A stretch of 27,689 bases of DNA from positions 1-27,689 of the forward strand of contig CAYHAA010000023.1 in the NCBI GenBank assembly GCA_964354495.1, written 5' to 3'. The translations under genes and the position numbers were made by a program. The notes under the pieces are model-generated. The model did not search any database. It worked only from the letters and a program-made list of their open reading frames with translations, and was not told where the DNA came from. This stretch comes from an uncultured archaeon. GTDB taxonomy: Archaea; Asgardarchaeota; Thorarchaeia; Thorarchaeales; Thorarchaeaceae. Below, piece by piece: positions 7,371-13,918 of this stretch (its first letter is position 1; every line of letters starts with the position of its first letter).

Positions 7371-7955
7371 TTGAGCGGGTCAGGGCAGTTGGATGGATTT
7401 ACCAAAGCGATAAGAAGCATTCAGCATCGTATCTACACGTCTAGGAAACTCATTGCGAGACGTATCACTGTCCTGCTACTGTTTCTCTATCTTGCTGCTC
7501 TAGTGGATGTGGGAAGCGCTATTTTAGGCGACCTCAGGACTGGGTTCTGGTATGATAATATTGGACATACACTGTTCCCCTATCCGCACACAGCAGGTGG
7601 TCTTCTCCCTGTGATAACTCCGGTTCCTCCAATCGAAGTCTTCGTCTACGTCGCATTTGTCTATCAGGGGATTTGGATTGCTTGGACAGCCCTAGGCATC
7701 ATTTACATCGTAGCACCTCTTTTCATTTGGGCCTACAGAACCCTTAGAAAACCAGCTGCAGGAGCTGCACAGGCACAGCAGGAGAAAGAAGAGAAGACTG
7801 GTATTCTTACAGGAATGCTTGTATTTCTCTCCATACTGCTCTCAATTGGAACCTTCGCTATCACCAACAATCTCCATTCCTATGGATTCATGCCGTTCCT
7901 AGCTGCGGTCGGGCTCTCAGCAGTGCTTGTTGGCATCTTGACTCAGAATTGTTGA
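7371..7955 (+). CDS. Hypothetical membrane protein (about 4 TM)
   Basis: 194-aa ORF with a TTG start (uncertain) and four hydrophobic stretches. TATA-like CATAAATA at about 7330. Confidence 0.65.
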   Translation: MSGSGQLDGFTKAIRSIQHRIYTSRKLIARRITVLLLFLYLAALVDVGSAILGDLRTGFWYDNIGHTLFPYPHTAGGLLPVITPVPPIEVFVYVAFVYQGIWIAWTALGIIYIVAPLFIWAYRTLRKPAAGAAQAQQEKEEKTGILTGMLVFLSILLSIGTFAITNNLHSYGFMPFLAAVGLSAVLVGILTQNC

Positions 7956-7978
7956 AGTGCTTATCGAGGGTATTCCTC

Positions 7979-8404
7979 TCACAGTCCAATCCTAAGCCTG
8001 CACTCACTATCTCCCGCTATGATTGATCTCTCTAGTATGACATCCACTGGTCTTCCAAGCGCACCCTCGAAGAGCGCCTTAGCCCAGCCCACGGAGCAGT
8101 TGCAATAGACGGCTGGCATCTGACCCTGCGGTATCTTGTTGACTCGCTTGCAGTAACATCTCGGGTATACAAGGTACGTGCCCTCTTTCTCTCTGTGAAG
8201 TTGTTTGTACGTCTTTCCAAACTCAGCAAGAAATTTGTCAACATCTTCTAATCTCTCGTAGATAGCCTTGGCGCTCTTGATGGTGCTCTGGGACCGACAC
8301 CCTCTGCCACAGTCCACAAGGACTCTCTTCAGTGTTTCATCATCAACGTTCTCATCAAGGCCTCCGATGAGGTCGCATAGCCATTTTTCACCTGAACTGA
8401 CCAA
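7979..8404 (-). CDS. Cys-rich V4R-like (DUF6144-type) small ligand/metal-binding protein
   Basis: CGRGC, YPRCYC and YCNCSVGW..ALFE..LG.PV.V....SII.GD.EC...I pattern of V4R/ATC-hydrolase-like folds. Start probably the TTG at 8404 behind GAGGCGT (ORF track begins at 8449). Confidence 0.75.
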   Translation of the reverse strand: MVSSGEKWLCDLIGGLDENVDDETLKRVLVDCGRGCRSQSTIKSAKAIYERLEDVDKFLAEFGKTYKQLHREKEGTYLVYPRCYCKRVNKIPQGQMPAVYCNCSVGWAKALFEGALGRPVDVILERSIIAGDSECRLRIGL

Positions 8405-8570
8405 TATGGACGCCTCATCATGTCTATCGCATGTCCGACATATGAACAAATCGACCTTGGTAGAAAAACTATGACCTTTCTAATCCGTCTGATTTCGTCC
8501 ACGATACCAAGAAGCTGGTAGAGAACTCAGTACGTGAGATATGGGTAGTGGACGTGCTGCAGCAAGAGCA

Positions 8571-9314
8571 TCACATATCGATGAGAAGGACACCTTCCTT
8601 ATGAATTGGCAATGAAGCGAGTACTTTGCCGCTCCGATCAGTGTGCCATGCTCCTCCCGTTGAAGCATGTTCAGGGCAATCACAGAGTAGATTCGCAGCG
8701 AGGACGACTGCACCAGTCTGTCGCCATCGTTCTCTATAGTGTGTCAGTTCTGCACTCCAGCTCTCTTCAGTATCATCAGCTGCAACGAAATCCCGAGCAA
8801 AGGGGTATAACAGATAGTCTGGTTCCCCAGTCTTGAGTCTTCCAAGTACGTCATCATTCCAGAGATCCCCACAGATGAGAAAGGCCACTCTCCCTAAGGG
8901 AGTTTCTACAACTGGTATCTCGGTGCCTTCCTGATAGACACTATTATCGTCATCAGGCATGTGCCAGTCTGAATCATTTCGACGGTGGTGCAGAACGAGA
9001 TCTCCGTCAGGGTCGAACAGGAGCGCAGAATCAAAAATGTTGCCGGCAGCTCTCTCCAAGAGCCCAGCTGCAAAAAACACCCCATTATCAGATGCGAATG
9101 ATCTCCACTCATCGTTTCTGGATCCGGGGACTGGCTCTGCAATCTCTAGGTCGATATTGGGAAAGCCAGTATTTGCGAGTCCTGTGGCAGCAGCTTCTGG
9201 AAAAAGAACAAGTTTAGCTCCCTTCCTCACAGCTGCTGATGCAAGTCCAAGTATCCTTGATTGATTCGCCTGGAAATTCGCTGTGACACGATTGGAGATA
9301 ATTGCAGCCTTCAT
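8571..9314 (-). CDS. Carbon-nitrogen hydrolase (nitrilase superfamily)
   Basis: LVLFPE (catalytic Glu), IFDSALLFDPDG, ETPLGRVAFLICGDLW (catalytic Cys). The Lys position reads HRR. Confidence 0.9.
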   Translation of the reverse strand: MKAAIISNRVTANFQANQSRILGLASAAVRKGAKLVLFPEAAATGLANTGFPNIDLEIAEPVPGSRNDEWRSFASDNGVFFAAGLLERAAGNIFDSALLFDPDGDLVLHHRRNDSDWHMPDDDNSVYQEGTEIPVVETPLGRVAFLICGDLWNDDVLGRLKTGEPDYLLYPFARDFVAADDTEESWSAELTHYRERWRQTGAVVLAANLLCDCPEHASTGGAWHTDRSGKVLASLPIHKEGVLLIDM

Positions 9315-9504
9315 ATGAACTCTTGCGTGAAATGGGCACAGGGATGTGAAAAATGTGCCTACTGATTAGTTCCTTCAAGTTCCTTTCCTTCATTCTTGGA
9401 GCGCATATGTTGTCCTGCTCTCTTCCCTGCATGAACAACCCGGTACGTCCCTCGCAACGTCGTAAGACATATAGCATCAGTCACAATATCATAACATTGT
9501 TGGT

Positions 9505-10005
9505 GTGAGGTGCGGACAGTTGATCATTGTTGCTCTCACATGCTTCCTCGTTTGGAAGCATCAGAGGGGTAATATCGCTAAGAGAATAGATGTCCTAGTT
9601 GCTATTTCTGTACTGGTCACGGGATTGACATTCATTACGGCTGCCAGTCCTCCAATGGTAGAGATACCTACAGGACCGAATCAGGAACTCAGAGTGATGC
9701 CCCCCACTGCATTCCCATTCACAATGCAACAGTATAGAAACTATGATCTAGACCAGTTCTATTATCGAATAGTCATTGGCTGGCCAGACGGAATACCAAT
9801 CTACGAGGGAGTAGCAAACGATGACCAGAGCGAGTTCATACATTTCGCACATCTCTACACGGCCATGTTTCTGGGTGCGTACATGGTTGTTGGGCTAATG
9901 GTGATTCTTGTGATAGTCTATCTTTTAGCTCTCCGAAGACCGAGAAAGGAGAGTTTCACAATGAACACATCCCCTGATAACAGAACGAGGATGTCTGAGC
10001 AATAG
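9505..10005 (+). CDS. Hypothetical membrane protein
   Basis: 166 aa, GTG start. Two N-terminal hydrophobic segments, a Pro-rich loop, and a C-terminal TM followed by RRPRK. May be a fragment. Confidence 0.55.
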   Translation: MRCGQLIIVALTCFLVWKHQRGNIAKRIDVLVAISVLVTGLTFITAASPPMVEIPTGPNQELRVMPPTAFPFTMQQYRNYDLDQFYYRIVIGWPDGIPIYEGVANDDQSEFIHFAHLYTAMFLGAYMVVGLMVILVIVYLLALRRPRKESFTMNTSPDNRTRMSEQ

Positions 10006-10036
10006 CCACAGCATAGGGTTGGTTCTCATCAATTCC

Positions 10037-10762
10037 CTACTGGGCTCTACGCAGCACGTATATTGTCCAAGGTGCTATTCTGGTTTCATTGACCCAATCG
10101 TAGGGCTCCTTCTTCTTCGCTAGAGGTTTGTATATGTGCACAATTTCCAATTTGGCACGCTGATATGTTTCCCTATAGGATTCGGCTGTCCAGAGGATGT
10201 CGCTCACGGGTCTCTTGTCATCGATATCTAACTGGATAATGCGTACGATGTCCCCACTTCTTGCATCTCTATTCTCTGGGAAGTCTTTGGTGGAGAATGA
10301 TGTCCATTCGTGTGTGTATATCTCCGGCGATGATACCAGATTGATGAGCACGCCGTCATCTCTCAAGAGGTCTCTCAGTCCTCTGAGGTTCATGACCTTC
10401 TTTTCCATCGTAGGAATGTTGTCAAAGGGAAATGCAGACAAGATACAGTCGAATGTGCCTTTCCGGAGTATACTGAAGTCTCCCTCTCTGATGACATGAT
10501 ACTCTCCCATCGGATCGTACTCTCGGGCTCGCTTCACCATCTCCTCGGATATATCAATTCCAATCGTCTGGAGCCCAAGCCTCTGTAAGAATCTGGTTGA
10601 GCGACCAGAACCACATCCAAAGTCTAGTGCTCTTCCGCCTCTGACATGCTTTGCAATGATGGCAGGTAAGTCTCTGAATGCCAGGTAGTATGTGCCGGGA
10701 AATTCGAGTTTCGAATACGCATCAGCCCGAATAGCATCCTCATAGACATTGGAGAACTCCAT
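10037..10762 (-). CDS. Class I SAM-dependent methyltransferase
   Basis: Motif I ALDFGCGSGRST, then GIDIS.EM, GDF, FD.I. Probable start MEFSNVY at 10762 behind GAGGCGTGA (ORF track extends to 10822). Confidence 0.92.
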   Translation of the reverse strand: MEFSNVYEDAIRADAYSKLEFPGTYYLAFRDLPAIIAKHVRGGRALDFGCGSGRSTRFLQRLGLQTIGIDISEEMVKRAREYDPMGEYHVIREGDFSILRKGTFDCILSAFPFDNIPTMEKKVMNLRGLRDLLRDDGVLINLVSSPEIYTHEWTSFSTKDFPENRDARSGDIVRIIQLDIDDKRPVSDILWTAESYRETYQRAKLEIVHIYKPLAKKKEPYDWVNETRIAPWTIYVLRRAQ

Positions 10763-10894
10763 TCTCACGCCTCGAACCTTGCTGGATGACTCTCCTGATT
10801 TATCGATTGTGATTGAATTCACTTTGCTACAAGTAGCTGTACCCGCATGATCCGTCCTCTGACTGCATTGGGGCCATTGGCCTTCGGCGGTTGG

Positions 10895-11170
10895 TCATAA
10901 TGGTTTCTCATCCTCTGAGAGGTCCATGACCTCCTCCTCAAAGGGAGTCCCGTGATAGTGAAACTGAAAGAGTGGTCTTCCTTTCAGCGGTAGTCCGCAG
11001 CTCAGAAGTGGTAGAATCACGAATGCACTCATCAGTAGAGCATATGGAAGCTGATCAAGTCCCATAGTGATGACAGGGAGCATGAGAATGATCAGGATGG
11101 GGAGAAGCATCACTACTAGGCATGCATAGTATCCTGGCAACCTCTCCTGATGCTCCCAATCTTGAGCCAT
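10895..11170 (-). CDS. Small two-TM membrane protein
   Basis: Hydrophobic hairpin YACLVVMLLPILIILMLPVITMG...LLMSAFVILPLLSCG with an acidic C-tail. The ATG at 11170 is preferred over the TTG at 11221. Confidence 0.6.
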   Translation of the reverse strand: MAQDWEHQERLPGYYACLVVMLLPILIILMLPVITMGLDQLPYALLMSAFVILPLLSCGLPLKGRPLFQFHYHGTPFEEEVMDLSEDEKPL

Positions 11171-11233
11171 ATTGCCACCATGCTCACAGTCCACTTGTTC
11201 TGTAATAAGAATCGTCTTCAAAGCATTTGGAGA

Positions 11234-11281
11234 TAAATAAAAAGAGGGTGGGAACGAAGGTGGGCAGTTGGAAACCGCCCA
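11234..11281 (-). terminator. Terminator of the histone gene
   Basis: Minus-strand hairpin TGGGCGGTT-TCC-AACTGCCCA (9 bp including one G-U) followed by a pyrimidine tract ending CTCTTTTTATTTA. Confidence 0.65.
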
Positions 11282-11303
11282 TCCCGTCTCTTGTACTAAT
11301 GAC

Positions 11304-11513
11304 CTAGAAGTCGTAAGCCTTCAGGGTCTTTCGCTTGTTGTCTTTGCAGCGAGCTGCTGCGTCGAGAAGCAGGTGGTTGATGGCGTTGTTGAATGCTTCA
11401 TATGAATCGCTGCCGACCATCATATCCTTATCTCTAGCAAAATCCTGTATTGCCTTCTTGACATAGAAGGTGTACTTTGTATCTTTAGCCACTGGCTTTG
11501 CTTTCTTTGACAT
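11304..11513 (-). CDS. Histone-fold protein, alpha3-truncated face-to-face type, with Lys-rich N-terminal extension
   Basis: alpha1 YVKKAIQDFAR, L1 MMVGSD, long alpha2 SYEAFNNAINHLLLDAAARCKDN, L2 RKTLKAYD, terminating one residue after the conserved Asp (DF*). Same architecture as Leptospira HLp (...KRTTVRPTDF*). Confidence 0.88.
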   Translation of the reverse strand: MSKKAKPVAKDTKYTFYVKKAIQDFARDKDMMVGSDSYEAFNNAINHLLLDAAARCKDNKRKTLKAYDF

Positions 11514-12022
11514 TTCTTAACCCCATATAGTGCTTTCCCGCTTGGCAAGGCTGGGCAACAAGTTGCATCCGCACCTCCAAGCAAAGGCGAAGATAGCCAT
11601 AGTTATCTGGTTAATAAGCATATGGGGCATAGAATGCCTTTGCAGGCTGACCTGAAGGATTTCTACGGAGGCTCTGTTTGGAGCCACAGACGGCGTCAAA
11701 AGTACTGTTTTGCGAGGGTCTCCGGATGACTGTCATTCATTTTTGGCACCTGGCTTCTGCCCAACCCCGGAGAGAAACATCGAAGATGAATTGAGGCGGA
11801 ATGGAGTTGTTACAGCACGCACGATTCAAGCTGAGGTAATCATTGGGTCAGGCCCGGGCTTCGCAATACATGTTCATCATGCACGATCAAACACGAACTC
11901 TCTTCACATTCCGCATCGTCTGAGTTTCGTATTCGAACCTTTTCTTGAACTCCCTCTTCACACTAGGCAAGAATGAAATCTCCTTCATTGTGAATTGCGT
12001 CCGTGAACTGTAATTAGATACA

Positions 12023-12060
12023 TTTATATGCATACTGTACTAATGTACAGTTGTTGAGGT
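12023..12060 (+). promoter_or_regulatory. Promoter with palindromic operator upstream of the wHTH gene
   Basis: TATA box TTTATATG (12023-12030), perfect inverted repeat ACTGTAC-TAAT-GTACAGT (12034-12051) over the expected start site, SD GAGGT (12056-12060). Confidence 0.7.
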
Positions 12061-12063
12061 ACA

Positions 12064-13026
12064 ATGACCGAACATATTGATGATATCAAGAGAGAACTCG
12101 AAGAGGTTCGTAGGCTCAAGGAAGAGCTACAACGGGAAGTCGAGGATACTAAACGGCAGAAAGAAGAGATGCGTCGAGAGAGGGATGACGATGATAAAGG
12201 TCGAGAGGAAGCCCGAAGATTCCACTACGATATGGGAACGCCTCGACCTCCAAAGCCTCCGAAGTCTCCAAAGCCTCCTCGAGAACCCAGACATGTGCCA
12301 CCCGTGAAGATTGACATCGCTGGCATCACAGATAGCCTTGAGGACATGATGGAGGATCTTGGTCATTCAATAGAGATGTCTATCAAAGACTTCGAAGGCT
12401 TAGCAGAAGGTTGCAGGATTCCAGGTGTCCATATCCGCACACACGGCCACAGGGGGAAGGCTGATATGAGAAAAGAGATTGAAGCCATAATCCCTGAACG
12501 CATTGCAAAGATAGTTGCACCTCTCGGGAGTGAGGAACGCCTTGGAATTCTGGACTATCTCAAGGGCGGCGGCAAATCTTTCAATGACATTGAAACCTTC
12601 ACCGGGAAGACCGGGAGCTCCCTTACTCACCATCTCAACCCGCTCGTGGAAGCAGGTTATGTTGTGAAGGGAGAGGTACGAGGGACCTACTACGTCACAG
12701 TGGAAGGTCGCCTAGCATACCGTCTGGCTCAGTGGCTCACTCACAGAGTTGAGAAACAGCGTGAGCAGACTGGAAACAATGGCGACAGTGGTGAGAGTAG
12801 GGTCGATGTGGAGTTCGACGAAACTTCTGAAGGTGATGCCGATACTATCGTGCTTGAGAATGAGGACGACGTTGAGGCGGCTGCTGATCACCTCGACAGG
12901 GTTGCAGACCAGATAGAGGAGGCTCAGGACAAAATCGATGAGGCACGGGATGCCCAAGATGAAGCAGAAGACCAAGATGATGAGGATGATGAAGATGACA
13001 TCGATGATTTGGACTGGAAGGACTAG
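12064..13026 (+). CDS. ArsR-like winged-helix regulator with N-terminal coiled coil, Pro-rich linker and long acidic tail
   Basis: wHTH core LGSEERLGILDYL.GG.KSF.DI...TG.TGSSLTHHL..L...GYV......G.Y.VT.EG. Heptad-like IKRELEEVRRLKEELQREVED. PRPPKPPKSPKPPREP. D/E-rich C-terminus ending DDLDWKD. Confidence 0.85.
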   Translation: MTEHIDDIKRELEEVRRLKEELQREVEDTKRQKEEMRRERDDDDKGREEARRFHYDMGTPRPPKPPKSPKPPREPRHVPPVKIDIAGITDSLEDMMEDLGHSIEMSIKDFEGLAEGCRIPGVHIRTHGHRGKADMRKEIEAIIPERIAKIVAPLGSEERLGILDYLKGGGKSFNDIETFTGKTGSSLTHHLNPLVEAGYVVKGEVRGTYYVTVEGRLAYRLAQWLTHRVEKQREQTGNNGDSGESRVDVEFDETSEGDADTIVLENEDDVEAAADHLDRVADQIEEAQDKIDEARDAQDEAEDQDDEDDEDDIDDLDWKD

Positions 13027-13041
13027 AGGAGGAACAACAAG

Positions 13042-13806
13042 ATGAAGCGACTAATACCTGATGACAATGTAATGGTCACAACTGAGAACTATGATCTGAT
13101 CTCCCACGATAAGGCATTGGTCAAGATGGATGCTGGCTGTGTCTGGGTGTATCTTCTCGAGGACGGAGTGCGAGTTGGTGCTGCGTTCGTCGGACCATCC
13201 CGATTCGCAGTTGACGCTATCGCTGAGACCAAGCTCGGCGCCATGGGTGAGTCGGTGTCTGGCACCCTTGAGGGAATTCAGCTCTATGTCGGGGCAGTGC
13301 CCCTAGAGGCCATCTCCAGGAGTGCTGATGATTCATCTCTTCAGCAGCGAGGCTTTCATGATAGGAAGTATTTCTTGGCAGAAATTGAATCGACAATCAA
13401 GGACCAGCTGAATGGTGACCAAAAACAGGTGAAGATGGATCAGAAGGAGAAGTCCCAGATACTCTTCGGTCGTGATTCTGAGAAGGTCAAACTCATCCTG
13501 ATTCTGAGTCAGAAGAAGGGTCTAGTCTTCACCCGCGGGAAGCAGGTGTTCGTGCTCGATGATGACAATATGGTTTCGGTGAGCAAGTCTGGTGTTGCCA
13601 TTACAGACAAGCATGGGAAGCACATCGTTGTGGGGAAGGGTGGCATACATGGTATTGACAACTTCGTGGACATCGGGCCAATCGTTACAGAATCGGTGAC
13701 CAATGCAATGAAGAGCCTGAAGGGTCTAAAGTCTCTGAAGTCTATGAAGCAAAGCATGAAGGGCTTTCCCTACGACAATGTAGATGATTTCGATTGGGAT
13801 GACTAG
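13042..13806 (+). CDS. Hypothetical soluble beta-rich protein, co-transcribed with the wHTH gene
   Basis: 254 aa, SD GAGGAGG upstream, 15-bp gap. Beta-hairpin-like VSVSKSGVAITDKHGKHIVVGKGG, KSLK-type repeats, ends DDFDWDD. Confidence 0.8.
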   Translation: MKRLIPDDNVMVTTENYDLISHDKALVKMDAGCVWVYLLEDGVRVGAAFVGPSRFAVDAIAETKLGAMGESVSGTLEGIQLYVGAVPLEAISRSADDSSLQQRGFHDRKYFLAEIESTIKDQLNGDQKQVKMDQKEKSQILFGRDSEKVKLILILSQKKGLVFTRGKQVFVLDDDNMVSVSKSGVAITDKHGKHIVVGKGGIHGIDNFVDIGPIVTESVTNAMKSLKGLKSLKSMKQSMKGFPYDNVDDFDWDD

Positions 13807-13837
13807 ATCTCATTCAGAGTCAGATACGCAATAGCTG

Positions 13838-13875
13838 GTGGACGGAGCGAGTGTGCTCTGTCCACTCTTATTCTC
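13838..13875 (+). terminator. Hairpin terminator of the 12064-13806 operon
   Basis: GTGGACGGAGC-GAGTGT-GCTCTGTCCAC 11-bp stem (one G-U) followed by TCTTATTCTC. Confidence 0.65.
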
Positions 13876-13918
13876 TATATGCTACAGTTGACAGCACGAA
13901 CCAAGTCGTAGTGATCAT

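Noticed and set aside
11840-11870. GTCAGGCCCGGGCTTCGCAA as SRP RNA helix 8
   Set aside because: It lacks the GGAA tetraloop and the GGGAGCA half of the symmetric loop, and there is no surrounding SRP fold.
11611-11988. Minus-strand frame from ATG 11988 to TAA 11611 interrupted only by three TGA codons, as a possible selenoprotein
   Set aside because: The read-through product resembles no selenoprotein family I know, has no clear UxxC/CxxU redox motif, and I could not identify a SECIS-like stem. Three TGAs in 125 codons is compatible with chance.
12241-12280. 9-bp microrepeats (cctccaaag) as a contingency locus
   Set aside because: They are imperfect, in frame, and simply encode the PPK-type Pro-rich linker.
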